Assembly: GCA_003971905.1 (NCBI GenBank)
Contig: RSEE01000124.1
Span: 124,001 to 186,159, forward strand
Source of the DNA: Moniliella sp. 'wahieum'
Taxonomy: Eukaryota
Direction of reading: 5' to 3'
DNA length: 62,159 nt
The stretch's first letter is position 1. Each line of letters starts with the position of its first letter. Positions 35,564-49,015 of this stretch are shown piece after piece. A program made the position numbers and the translations under genes. The notes under the pieces were generated by a model that did no database searches, was not told the origin of the DNA, and was given only the letters and a program-made list of their open reading frames with translations.

Positions 35564-38500
35564 ATGCAAGCCCATGACTTTTACAAGTCCTATGAAGACC
35601 ACCTCCCCTCCTGGCATGATTATGACGATGAGGATAACCGCCCTAATGCTGTTTCCTTGCATGACTCCACATCATTGTTGCCCCAACCCGCCGCCTCTGA
35701 GCAGAATGATGTGCTTCTTGCCGATGCTGCTGGGAAGCCCAATGCACTGTCCAAGCCAGTGTCGGTACCTGTGCCCATGATGCCAGAAGAACCAGGCCAG
35801 TGTGGATGGGCCATCAAGCGTCTGCTGCTCGTAACACCAGGATGACCGACACTGTCACTCATCCCTTGTCGCAGCCGCCATTGCATCCTCAACCGAAGGC
35901 CGCGTCTCCAACAATAGTTTCTTCTTTTTCTGATAGGGCTAGCACTTTCCTGGGCTCGCTCACCAGCAGCCAAGGCTCCACCCTCCCCTCTTCATCGAAG
36001 TCAGCGCTCAGGTCGGGATGCCTGGGTTGACCGTCGTACATGAGTACTCGGGCAATAACTCAGACGAAGAGCAGTCGGGCCGCTTTGTAAACTCGTACTT
36101 CGACGACCAGCCTGCCAGCATGCATTACGACCTGAACGCGAGCGAGTCGATGCTCCACCACAGACATCCATTCCCTACCACCGACTTCCCTTCATTATTC
36201 GATGGTGCTTCGGTCCCTGGAGAAAAACGAAAGGACACTGCTGCGTTCGTCATGGAATCATTGGGCGAAGACGAACAATCGCCAGAGCAGATGGAACTGT
36301 TAAGAGAAGCGAAGAGTCCAATCAGTTGGAATACAAAGGGAGGGCCCACCCCAATGTCCGGGCTAGCGTGCCCTCAGATGATGATCCCACGTTGCCTATC
36401 CACACCCTGCGTGTATGGCTCTTAGGACCATCGTTTGCGACGGCTTTTTCCAGTCTCTATGTCGTCTTTACCGCATGGGGGTGGACCGTTACTGTAATTC
36501 AGTCGGCTGTGCTGGTACAGATATTTTGTTGGCCCTTGGGCTTTCTTATGTCCAAGGTACCATATCCTTCCTCTTGGCCTCTCGCTTGGTTCATTAACCC
36601 AGGTCCCTTCAACATCAAGGAGCACGCGCTCATCTGCATCATGGCCACGGTTAGTATCGGACCTTCGTTGTCGCTCAATGTGCTGATGATTCACAACATG
36701 CGCTCCTAAACTTCCCGGGGCCGACAGGGTACAAGGTTCTCTTGATGATTTCTAGTTCTTGTATGGGTCTGTCGTATGCAGGGCTGTTTGACCGCACACT
36801 GGTCTTGCCTGGACGAATGCTCTGGCCCACCGTGCTCTCTACCTCAGCTTTGCTCACCACGCTGCACCGCGTACGCGCTAGCAACTGGCCCCGTCAAAAG
36901 GTGTTTTATGTTACGCTTGTGCTTGCCTTTGGCTGGGCCTGGGTGTCAGGCTATGCCTTTTCGGCTTTTCAGGCATTTGCGTACGTTATTTGCCATGTTT
37001 GCTCTCAGGCCCCGAAGTGGACTACTACTAACCGACTTTCATGCCCCATCTTTACTATACTTATTCGCTGTGGCGATGCCCGGGCGACTGCGCGCTTCAA
37101 TATTTATACACGCATCTAATACCAGATGGATCCCTTGGTGTGCTCCCACTTCATACGTCCCTAACCTCCTCTTTGGTGGCCAGGGTGGTATGGGTCTCTG
37201 GCCTACGTTTTCGCTCGATTGGATCACCATCTGCGAATCCTTGCCGTCTCCTCTCATCACGCCATTCTTTGCTCAAATCAACATCGTGATCGGATACCTC
37301 ATCTTTGGTGTCGTGGTTCCATCGCTCATCACCTTCTCTCACAAGGGCTCAGCACAATACATGCCATGGCTACAGTCCGTTTCTTTTGACCGGTTTGCTC
37401 GATCCTACCGGTTGAAGGTTGTGCCCTCTCATACCGCTCCCCATCGCGGTATCACTTTTAACGCCGATTCATATGAGTCGTACTCCAAGCCTTATTGGCC
37501 GGCCACCAACTTGGTGTCCAAGGGGTGTTCTCTTGCTCTGGTCCCGGCAGTCTGGGTTCATTTTCTACTCTTTGATTTGATTCCCACCGTGAGTGATTAC
37601 CGGCTTCCAGCTCAAGAGGAGGAAGACGTGCATGCTCAACTCATCCAGCGATATCAACCCATTCCTGCTTGGTGGTGGCTTGCGCTGTTTCTGAGTTCGC
37701 TGGCTATGGCGGTAGGCGCCTGCGAGGGGTACCATACAGGCTTGCCCATTTGGGCCCTGCTTCTCTCCATCTTCCTTGGCTTCGTTTTTGTCCTCCCCCT
37801 CGGCATCGTAACCGCCCTGACAGCCATCACACCTTCTCTCGATTTTGTTTTCAGATGGATTGGCGGCTACGTCGTTCCGGGCAATGCAGTCCCATGGATC
37901 CTTTTCAGTCTCTACCCTACTGTCGGCGTGAACCAGTCGATTCAGATGCTGTCGCAACTCAAGTTGGGTGTGTACTTTAAGTTGCCTCCACGCAGCACCT
38001 TTCTCAGTATTATTGCCATCCAGCTCGCATCCTGTGGCATACAGATCGTCACAGCCCATGCGCTCGGGGCGGGAGGTTCAACCACAGTATTACTTGCCGA
38101 CGCGGTGAGTATCGGCCTAGTGGGTTCCAAGCGTACATTTGGCCAAGGGGGTGAATACAACTGGATCAACTTCTTCTTTCTTGTTGGATTTCTCGCACCC
38201 ATCCCCTGCTGGCTATTATGTTATTATCGCGTGAACCTACCGGCACCTTTCGAACAGTTCAACGTCCGTCGGCTCCGCGATGTTGTTCACACACCGTTGA
38301 TATTGACGGCTGTTCCCCAGACATACGATTTTTATCCCGTGTCTGTGACCAGCTGGGCCTGGGTTGGGCTCCTTGCTCGGTTCACCCTGAATCGCAGTCG
38401 ATTGAGGAACTACTTTGCGGCACTGTGCTACGTCTTGTCATCCTCTTTGTACACGGGTTCGGCTGCCAGCTACTTTGTCGCCTATATGATTCCCGTGTTT

Positions 38501-38713
38501 TCGGGTAAGTATGGCAAATCCCTCAGTCCACCAGTTTGGTGGGGGACCCAGATTCAATGGATCCCGAATGAGGCTCTACCAGCTTATGGCTCAGACGAAA
38601 GGGAGCCGTCCTTGTTTTGGAAGAATTCTTCTCGCCTCTTTCATTCCCATGCAGGTGCCTTTGCCCCTGCCCCCAATGGCATGTGGCTTCCACCGCCGTC
38701 TTCCCACAGCTAA
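35564..38713 (+). CDS. OPT-family oligopeptide transporter, frameshifted; start uncertain
   Basis: HPNVRASVPSDDDPTLPIHTLRVWLLG, INPGPFNIKEHALI, SLDW..SPLITPF, EDVHAQLIQRY, KLGVYFKLPPR and many TM segments. Intron at ~36982-37125. Confidence 0.9.
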
Positions 38714-39392
38714 GTTTTAGGGAATGCAAGTGTATGCACCACCTGCTTGTCAATTTAATGTTGAGCAGGTGTCTACATTATCTCTCTCCGTTCTTTGGTT
38801 TGCTCTTTTTTCCCTACCTGAATTTTGCCCGACTTGGACACGTCCAACCTACCTGATCACTATCTATCCGTATGCTCTCTCTTGCAAGCAGGCAGGCTGA
38901 ACCCAGATATATGCTCTATAGACCTTGCTTTCCATCAATTTGCCTATGCCCCCACTTTCTTTTACATTCCCCTGCTCGGCACCAGCTCCCTAGATACACA
39001 GGACCATCGCTTGGGAAAGGGCCAGAATGAAGGTCAGCCGGAGGCGGATGTCATGTGCATCAGGGACGGGGAGGCAAGAATCAGGCCAGGTGCTAGGGCC
39101 TTGGTCGTAGATTTGGATCGGTTGCGGGAATGAGGGGGGGAAGAGCGAGTGACATTGTAGGGGTAGACCGACAATTGGAAACATGCACCCCCCCACCACG
39201 TCGTTGTCGGCATGGAAGGTCCATTCGGCCATTTTCTGCACGTCGAGCGATTCCTCGTCGCCATGAATCATTCCTGCACGGCTGCGGGGTTGGTTTCGGA
39301 TAAAACCAAGTTCCCGGAAGAAATGGTTTAAAAGCACGGCCATAAGCTGTAGTGCGTTTGGCCAGTATCCAAATCTCATGTCATATCTCGCT

Positions 39393-40340
39393 GATTCCAT
39401 GTCATTGGCAGAGCTTAAGGCTGGGACAGGGGAACGCTACGTCTAATCCTAACCGTTCATCTTGGGGTTACTTGGGGGCACCACCAGGGTCAAGGAACCA
39501 GGGGATCGCCAGGATATCAGGACCCTCCGGCTCGCGCCATCCGGTCCCGTACCCTAGGTAGCGCGTGTGGACACGGATGAACGTGGTTGACATCCGAGCG
39601 AGGAACCATGTCCACTGAGACTTAGTAGCCATCTCCTTCCAATGCGCAAACAACTTGCCCGCCGTCTTGGTGCCGTAGTATCCTCGCGTCGTCAAAACCA
39701 GGGGGAAAAACGTCTCTTGAGTGCATCCCTGGTACTTGGCGTTCTTGTCGCATTCTGCTTGTTCAAGCATCCGAAGCAGCTCCTTCTCCCGGCGTTCCAA
39801 GGGGGTTGCGGTGCTCGCATGCACCACCCTCCGGAACGCGCTCTGCGCCTCCAGCGATTCCGTGTCGCGCAGCGTGTGGTCGACTTCCATTCCTGATCCT
39901 CCCAGTGCTCCGGGCCCCATCACGCGGTAGTCGGTACGCCGTCTCCTCTGTCTCCCGCCATCCTCGTCCTCCACAATTGGTTTCGTTGTGACGTGGGTGT
40001 CGGGGATGGAGCGTAGGAGCTGGAGAATGGGCTCCCGCACTGCCTCATGCAATGCACCGAACTTGGCCTGGGAGCGGGTGCAAGACATGATGTGCTCCAG
40101 CGAGGACATGACACCGCACTTGCACATGCTGCGCGTGGTGCGGCACAGCGTGCGGAGCTGGAGACCAACCTGGACCTGCTGGTCGGAGAGCTTGAGGTAC
40201 GGGACGGACGGAATGGCGGAGAGCCAGTTGTGGCTCAGCGGGTTGCTGTGCTCAACCACATGACGACCATCGGCAGCGTCCAGCTTCTGGAGCAGCTCTT
40301 GGCGACTTTGTCCCACATGTCGCGGCAGCGCTGCCAGGCG
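39393..40340 (-). mobile_element. 5'-truncated CRE/SLACS(Cnl1)-like non-LTR retrotransposon fragment (CCHC + restriction-like endonuclease)
   Basis: WLSAIPS..LKLSD..GLQLR; CKCG..EHIMSC zinc knuckle; LHEAV; RRTD; VDHT; DKNAKY; FFPLVLTTRG. A 10-bp direct repeat ATATCTCGCT at 39383-39392 and 40341-40350 is a candidate TSD. Confidence 0.8.
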
Positions 40341-41248
40341 ATATCTCGCTATAAAGAAGCTTATCCTCGTGTTTGCGCCAAGGATATATATCCAAGAAAT
40401 TCGCACTTGTTTAATCCTAAGTTCGATCAAATGCATTTTTTGGGTGGGTTATAGGGTCTCCATTCTGTCCTGCGGCCACATCAACTTTCGCCATCGCGGC
40501 CTTAAACGTTGCGCTTCAAACTTGATGCCCCTTCAGCACCCAGGACCACGCATCCACTCTCTCTCCTGTGGCCACCTTCTCCTCCAAAGCATGGGTTAGG
40601 TTAGGGGGGTAGCAAGGTCATGACCAGTGTAGCATAAAAACGTACCGCCAAATCGAAAATGCGAAGACGCATGGTCGACCAAGTCGGCTTCAGGAACACC
40701 GTCAACAGAACTTGGACAAACTTTGTCACACGACCGATATGGGCCAGGAGTTGTCCCGGTCAAAAGTGAACTCTTCCAGACCTCGCGGGGAAGAACAAGC
40801 CGCTTGCGGACGGAAAGCCAAGCCTAAATCCTTATTGTTGCCGATCCTGCTCTAGGGATGCAGACAAACCCATACCGCGAAGAGTCATTTGTACCATTTC
40901 TGTCAGTGGCGAGTCAGTATAGCACAAGTGATCCTGGGGTGTGCCGCGAGAGCTGATGGTCCTGACCTTTTTGTGCTCCAGCAAGCGTTTGAAATGCTGG
41001 CGTGGTTTGGACATGGTAAAGCCCCTAGCCAACGATTCCTTTCGCATTGCTTGACGAAAAGACCACCCGAAGAGTCTTGATGTCGCATAGACTTTCCTCG
41101 ATGAGTATCCATGTTAACGCCTGTAACCCATCATTAACAGTTTCCCGCCTGCCCTCCTCCATTGGCCTCCTCGCGAGGTGGCCAGTCACGCTCGCCATTG
41201 GTACTACAATATCACTCTCCCTGTCGTTACATTGTAATACATTCGCAC

Positions 41249-42067
41249 TTAGTCTTCCATGTCGACGTCCAAGGCGTCCTTGGCCTTCTGCTCTGCTTCC
41301 TGTCCGGGTAACGTCAGTACACTGTCTACCGACTCATCCAGAGTTTGCAAGAAAAGAACGTACTTGTGCCATCTGGAGCGGGACAAGTTGGTGCTTGCCC
41401 TTGGTTTCCGGGCCGATCCAGGACAGTTCCAGCTCAAAGTCCTTGTCCTTTGCATCGTCATGGACCTTGTAGATGATCTCTGCTGCCCGTTCCATGCTGC
41501 GGGAGCGTGATCGTGTCCCAATCAATCTTCTCCAGTTCGGTTTTGGCCAGTTGACGGCCCTTGCCAATGGCCGTGCCGGTAGCCGCGGAACTCGCCAGAA
41601 GGTTCAATCATGTACAGACCAGGCTTTCCCGTGTGAGGGTCGAGACCGGCAAGGATGGTGCTAATGCCAAACGGTCGGACCGAACTGTAGAGCGTATAGG
41701 CATCGGCGTACTGAGACAAGCGCGCCGCCAGCGCTTGGGGGCGAATGGCTCGTGGAAGTTGTCACGGAAGCTTTCGCATTCTTCGCGTGCACGGCCGGCC
41801 ATGTGGCGGCCATCGGCAATGAGGCCGGCGGTGGCAAGGCCGAGGTGGGTGTCGACACTAAAGATGCGACGGTTGCTGGGTGCGCGGGGGACGAGAGCTT
41901 GCTCGTCACCAGCTTCTCGACGGCGAGCACGACGCCCTGGGGGGTGCGGATGCCGATGGCGGTTGCCGGCATCTCGACGGCCTTGAGGGCGTACTCGACT
42001 GGAAGAGACGGCCGTCGGGGGAGTGGTGCTGGTGGAGAGGTGCGTACCCGGTGCCCTGGGAAGCCAT
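41249..42067 (-). CDS. PRE10: 20S proteasome subunit alpha-7, frameshifted
   Basis: [79 protein letters not shown]. Confidence 0.95.
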
Positions 42068-42381
42068 GTGTTGGGGGTGGGCGGGGGGGGGGGGGCGGCT
42101 GGTGAGAGAGGTATTTGGTACGCAAGCGTGGGGGGGGGGGAACGCGCGGGGCATTCCGCGGGGCCACGTGGTGGGGGCAGGGGATGACGGCGATGAACAT
42201 TTCAGTGGGCTGGGGCGATTGAATATTGATGGCGATGACGATTGGGTGGCTGCGCCTGGTGGCGCCTGGCTGGCCGGTGGCTGCGCCGCTGAGCTCACTC
42301 AGCGTTCAGGCTGCGCGCTTCCTCTGCGCCCCCCTTCGCCCTCCCCTCCACCACCCCCTCCGCCGTCCCACCCCCCCCACC

Positions 42382-45300
42382 ATGGCCATCTCCAAAAAGG
42401 CCGGCGCCAAGAAGGCGCGCGCCGGCGGCGCTGCCCCCAAGACCACCAAGAAGCCTTATGCGCCCGGCGGCGTCGCCAAGGCCGACTGGCGCGAGGGCTT
42501 CAAGAAGCCCCAGGCCCGGCGTCAGCGACATGACCCTCCTCACCAAGCTCACCAACAGGCCATCAACGAAAACCTCAAGAAGCGCTTCTTCAAACCAGGA
42601 GATCTATGTTCGTACCCTACCTCCGCCCCTACCGTCATGCGCCCACACCCGCTGACCCCCCCCCCCCCCCCCCCTGCAGACCTACATTGGCAATGTGCTC
42701 ATCTCGGTCAATCCCTTCCGCGACTTGGGCCTCTCACGCCCGAGGTGCTCGAATCGTACCGCGGCAAGAACCGCCTGGAGATGCGCCCCCATGTGTATGC
42801 GATTGCTGAGGGCATGTTCTACAACATGCAGGCCTATCATGACAACCAATGCGTCATTATCTCGGGCGAGTCGGGCGCCGGCAAGACCGAGGCGGCCAAG
42901 CAGATTATGCATACATTGCTGCTGTTTCGGGCGACCAAGGCGGTGGAATTGAGAACGTGAAACAGATGGTGTTGCAACCAACCCGCTGCTCGAGTCCTTT
43001 GGGTGCGCCAAAACGCTCCGCAATAACAACTCCTCCCGCCACGGCAAACGACACCTCGAAATCATGTTCAACGCCCAGGCGCACCCATTGGCGCCAACAT
43101 CACCACTATCTACTGGAAAAGAACCGTGTGTGGGCCAGATCAAGTCGGAGCGCAACTTCCACATCTTTTACCAGCTCGCCAAGGGTGCCTCTGCGGCGCA
43201 GCGCGAACTGTTCGGCCTCCAAGGCCCCGAGGCGTACCAGTACACTGCCGGCGCCAAGTGTCTCGACGTGATGGGATCGACGATGTGCAGACTTTAAGGG
43301 AACGATCCAGGCGATGAACGTGATTGGTCTGAGTCAAGCCGAGCAGGACATTTTCCGTATGATTGCTGCCATTCTGTGGTTGGGCACACCCAGTTCTCTG
43401 AAAACAAGGATGGCAATGCCCAGTCGCCGACACGAGCGTGACAGATTATGTGGCGTATCTGTTGGAGGTGGATGGGGCGCGGTGCACCGTGCGTTGACGA
43501 TTCGCATCATGGACACGATGCGTGGCATGCGCCGCGGGTCTGTGTACGAGGCGCGCTCAACACCCCGCCTCAGACCGAGTCGGTCCGCGACGCACTTTCC
43601 AAAGCGATCTACAACAACCTCTTTGACTGGATCGTCGCTCGTGTTAATCAGTCCCATGCACACCCAGGGTACCACGGCCACGTGATTGGTTGTCCTGGAC
43701 ATTTACGGGTTTGAGATCTTTGACAACAACTCGTTTGAGCAGCTTTCATCAACTATGTCAATGAGAAGTTACAGCAGATTTTTATCCAGCTCACGCTTAA
43801 GCGCGAGCAAGAAGAGTATGCGGCCGAGCATATCAACTGGATCCGATCAAATTCTTTAATAACAAGATTGTCCTGCGACCTCATTGAAGAGAAGCGCCCG
43901 CCCGGCGTGTTTTGCCGCGCTGAACGATGCCTGCGCTACGACGGGCCCATCCGATCCCAGTGCGGCGGACCAGTCCTTCTCCAGCGCTTGAGCATGCTTT
44001 CTGCCAACGCGCACTTTGATGGGCGAGGCAACAAGTTCCTTATCCGGCACTATGCTGGCGATGTGATGTACAACATCAAGGGCATGACCGACAAGAACAA
44101 GGATGCGCTGCTGAAGGATATTCTTGATTTGGTTGACTCGAGTCAGAACCAATTCCTGCACACCCTCTTCCCCGCCGCCCCGACCCATCGTCCAAGAAGC
44201 GCCCCCCAACGGCCGGAGACCGGATCAAAGCGTCGGCCAACGCACTGGTAGACAAGCTGATGAGTCCCACCGTCGTACATTCGTACCATCAAGCCCAACC
44301 GACCAAGAAACCTACCGACTATGACGACCAGCAGGTCCTCCATCAAGTCAAGTATCTTGGTCTGCAAGAAAACATTCGTGTTCGTCGGGCTGGGTTTGCC
44401 TATCGCAACACATTTGAGAAGATGGTGGAACGCTTCTACCTTCTCTCTCCCACACGTCCTATCTGGCGAGTATACGTGGGAGGGGCGATTCGCGATCGGG
44501 CTGCCAGCAGATCTTGCAAGACACAGGCATCGCACGGGACGAATGGCAATGGGCCAACCAAGCGTTCATCAAGAACCCCGAGACGCTCTTTGCCCTGGAC
44601 CATGCGGGACCGCTATTGGCACAACATGGCGATGCGGATTCAGCGTGCGTTCCGCAACTACCTGCGCTACAAGCACGAATGCGCCCGGCGGATTCAGCGC
44701 ATGTGGCTCAACAAGAAGAGGCTATCAAGTACGTCGAGTTCCGTGACTATGGCCACAAGCTCCTCCAAGGCCGCAAAGAGCGCCGCCGCTTCTCTCTCAT
44801 TTCTATGCGCAAGTTTATGGGCGACTATTTGGACGTGAATGGCGGGTCAGTCGAGGGCGATCTCCTTCGTCGCGCGGCAGGGATTGGCTCGACACCTGTC
44901 ACCTTCTCCTCCCGCGGCCAAATCTTGGTGCACCGTGCCCTTCGTTCGTCCAAGCCGTCCCCTCGGTTCATCCTGCTAACGGACAAGGAACTTTTGATTG
45001 TCGTGACCCAATTGGTGAACAAGCAGCCGACGACGATGCTCGAGCGCAAGATCCCGCTCTCTTCCATTGCCCAGGTGGGACTATCTCAGCTGCGAGACGA
45101 CTGGATTGTGATTAATCTGCGTGGCCAGGATCCGGAGGGAGACCCGGTTTTGCATTGTTACCTCAAGACTGAACTTGCTGCTCGTCTTGCCCGTCAGACG
45201 GGGGGGAACGTGCGTGTGAATGTGGCCAACACGCTAGACTATGGTAAGAAAAGGGCAAGCGCGCTCAGATTTCCTTCAAGAAGGACGAGATGATCAAGCG

Positions 45301-46262
45301 GGACGACGAGTACAAGTCGCATGTCGTTTCGGTCCCGTCGGGCGAACCGGCGGGCTCGCTGTCCCGTCCCCGGCACGGCGCAAGCCCGGTGTAGTACGTC
45401 CCGTGACAACGGGCAAGCTGCTCAAGGCTGGCGGACCGAGCAACCGAACCGTGCTCGGCAAGCAGCACGCGCTCGTCCTGCGCCCAAGGCGGCCCGACCC
45501 TTGCCTAGTTCCAACGGTACATCTGCCCAGCGGCCACTGCCACACCCGCTACCACAGGGCAGTCCACCGTGCCCCGCCCGCCCCCCCGCCCCTGAACCCG
45601 AGGAAGAGGAAGAGGATGACGACCCATCGGTGCCCATGTACAAGGCTCTGTATGACTTTGCCGCTCGTCGTCCGGGAGATGTCGTTGACGGCCGGCGAGC
45701 TACTGGAGGTGGAACAGCAAGCCGACAATGGTGCGTACTTCTTTTGTTTTTTTTTTTTTGTTTTCTTTGGTACGGGGGAGAGAGGCTAACCTGGATTTGT
45801 GCTATCTATGGATAGGTTGGTGGCTGGTCAAAAAGGGAGGTTTGGAAGCCTGGGCTCCGTCGGCGTACCTGGAACTTGTTCCGCCCAAGCCCAAGAAACC
45901 CAAAGTGCGTCGGGCCCCGCCGGCTCCGGCGGCACCAGCACCAGCGCCTGCTGCGGCGCCTGCACCGCGCGCGGCCAAGCCCAAGTTCAGACGGTGCAAT
46001 CGAGTGTGCGGGGGAATGCGCATGCGGTGGCGGCGATACATCGGCTGCGCCTGTGGCGGTGATGCCGGGGATGGGCGCCAGGTGGGTTTGCTGAGGTGCT
46101 GGCGAAGAGGAAGGCGCGATAGCCGCAGCGAACGGTGGGGGCGGCGCGAGCAGCGGCTCGGCGCCCAGCAGCGGTGCCTCGACGCCCCGGCCGCCGATCC
46201 CGCCCAAGCCCAAGCCGGGCGTGGCGGGTCGCAAGATGCCGCCTCCGCCGCCGCGGCGGTGA
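42382..46262 (+). CDS. MYO1: Class I myosin (motor, IQ, TH1, SH3), frameshifted
   Basis: [43 protein letters not shown] (TEDS site), [29 protein letters not shown]3 YKALYDF..GWWLVK..WAPSAYL. Introns near 42611-42678 and 45732-45814. Confidence 0.97.
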
Positions 46263-46702
46263 AGCTGGCGCAGTTGGAAGTGCTGGAAGCGAGGTGGCTC
46301 GGGAGCGGAGAGGCAACACACACATAGACTCGCTGAACTGGCTGGGACGCGGGACGCTGCGTGGCGACTGCAATGGACTGTCTTCGACGCGCTATCCTAT
46401 ATCGCGCGATCGCTTATCTGAATCTGAATACCAATGCGACTCCGTCAATATTCCCATCCTGCGACAGGGGGACGCTGCCTGTAACCCTACGTCGTATAAG
46501 CACGCTTATTTTTCTTTTTATTCTAGCCCCACACAGCTTTCGCCCTCCACTGCGCCCGCGTGCCTGTCTGCGTTTTCCGCTGTTTCCTGTTCGAAGCGTC
46601 GTGGTCGTCCGGCCACGCGACCGCCGCCCACGCCGCCTGCACCGCCACCGCCATCGCCACCGCCATCACCACCGCCATCGCCGCCGCCCCGCCTCCCCCC
46701 GC

Positions 46703-48721
46703 ATGACGCTCTTCTGGCGCGCCCTCGCGCAGCTCGTCGAGTGGGCCGCCGTGCTCCAGACCCTCTTCTACCTGCCCCTCGCCCTCGACCTGGCCGGCAC
46801 CGACGCCTTCCTCGCCCTCGGCGCCGCGCTGGCCAGCTACGCCTTTGTCCCTCGCCTCCCTCCGCCTCGCTGCTCGTCGCTCTACTCTCGCCTCCGTACT
46901 CGCCGCCATCCTCACCGCATCCCAGCTGGTCGCCATCCCCGCTGCCCTGCTCGTCTGCTTCAACGTCTACTCCCCGCCGCCCAGTCCTACTTTGCCGGCG
47001 TTGCCAAACGCACCGCCTCGGAACCTGCCCGTGCGGCTGCGGCAGTCAGGGCTGTCTTTGTCTCTGAGCCGGCTGCGGCCGCCGCCGCATCGGCCCGCTT
47101 TGCTGCTGCCCATCCTCGCGTGCCGGCCGCCATCGCGGCGGCGGTAGGCTACGTGGAGACGTTGGACGTGGATGCGCTGGCGGACATGGCATGGCGCACC
47201 GCTGTACGCTGGACCCGTTATCTAGCGCACCACGTGCCAGCCTGGTGGTCCACCCTACTTCGTTCCTCTTCCCCGCTCTTCTCCCTCTTGGAAGGCGTCG
47301 CATCTGTCCTCGTTATTCAGGCCCTCGGCTCCATCTCCCGCTGGGTCATTGCCGTTTCCCTCGCCCGCCCGCTCGCTCCCACCACCCGGAGACGCAAATG
47401 CTTTCCCTCTTGCCTTCCTTTGGCCTGGGCGGCGCAGAGGGATGGCAACTCCTCTTCCTCCTTGTCTCTGCTTTTGTCTATGTCACCTCGGCAGCATTGT
47501 GGTACTCGTTTGAGGGCGCGACACGCAACCGTCCGCGCGCGGCTGCGGCCGTGGGGGCATCCGTCTCCTCTACCCTGTGGCTTACCGCCATCGCATTTGG
47601 CGTGCGCAAGGGCAACGTAGTCGAGACAAGTCTCATGTTTGCTTACGTTGTATTCAATGTCACCCAACTCTCCGACTCGCTCGCCTTTACTGCGGACCCG
47701 CTCGCGCTCATTCGCGGATTCAAGCGCACCACATCGGCTGCTGCTGCCGCGGCGGCGGCAGATGTGGGGTCAGGCGGATTGCCCTACCCTGTTTCCAGTC
47801 CTTTTGGGCCTTGCTCGAACTGCTTGCCCGCTTGGTCGAACAAAGCGTCGACTTTCTCGCTGCTGCTTCGGCGGCGCTGCCCAAATCGGTCCTGGTCAGC
47901 CTGTGTACCGTTTGATGGTGCTTTACCTCGCTTCGCGTATCCTCCCCATGCTCAAGCGTGGTGGGCCACCACGATGGCTCAACGATTCCTTCCCTTCCAC
48001 CCCGGGCGATAGCCCCAGCCGCAGCCCGCACATCTGCCGCCCGTCGTTGCGCCCGGGGGCGTACGACGTACCGGACGACGATGAGGATACTTATACAGTG
48101 TATGATGACGATACGTTGACGCCTCATCCCGAGGACCCAGTGATCACCGAGTGGGCGCTGGACCACGCCTCCGAAGACCCATTTGCCCTGGACGATCATG
48201 ATCTTGCCAGTACAATCCGAGTAGCGTATCGGTATCCCCCCTTCTCCTGCTCCCCCCCACCAGCGGCACTGGGGGGCTCCAACCTCCCGCACCGCCATCC
48301 TCCATTTCGCGGCAATCTTCCCGCTCCAACCGCTCCACCCACTCCGTCCGTTCCACCCGCTCTACCCCACGTGAGCACCTCAGTCGCCTTTCCGTGTCTG
48401 GAAACGAGAAGAATAAGGTCCCTTGGCCCGCGGAGGAGGATGGTACCAGTGTTCGTTCCCGTTCCCATCTTCCCTTCCTCCTATGGACGACACTGCGCCT
48501 CTACTCCACTTGACGGACAATTCGTTTGGCGCGTTTGACTCGATTCTGTGCTACTCGCGCTTGATTATGATTGCAGTGTACTCGCATCTGTTGTGTTGGA
48601 CCAGTCGCACCAGATTTACTGGCGCTTCCTCACGGTCGCCATTACATTGACCTTGTGGACTGCCGAACTGTGCTTTGCAACCGAAGGCGCCGACGCGTTC
48701 ACAAGGGATTGGTCCCTCTGA
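46703..48721 (+). CDS. ICE2: ER membrane protein Ice2, frameshifted
   Basis: YLPLALDLAG..FLAL, WSTLLRSSSPLFSLLEG..VLVIQALG, RKGNVVETSLMFAYVVFN, YRLMVLYLASRI, YSRLIMIAVYSHLL. Confidence 0.88.
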
Positions 48722-48796
48722 TGTCAAGCTTCGAGCTTCAAGCTTCGAGCTTCAAGCTTCAAGGCGGTCCAACATTACCCAGCTTTCTCCACTTCC

Positions 48797-48940
48797 TTGC
48801 TCTCCTCTCTCCTCTCTCCTCTCTCCTCTCCTCTCTCCTCTCTCCTCTCTCCTTTCTCCCTCTCCTCTCTCTCTCCTCTCTCCTCTCTCCTCTCTCCTCT
48901 CTCCTCTCCTCTCCTCTCTTCTCTCTCTCTTCTCCCTCCC
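48797..48940 (+). repeat. Pure C/T polypyrimidine tract, (CTCTCCT)n-like
   Basis: ~140 bp made almost entirely of C and T, between the convergent ICE2 and ROK1 3' ends. Confidence 0.93.
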
Positions 48941-49015
48941 CGCTTGCCCTTTGATCTCTCGTCTTTCCCCAGGCTGATACCCTAAAAGCTACCCTGTTAA
49001 CCCTCTGCCCCCCCG

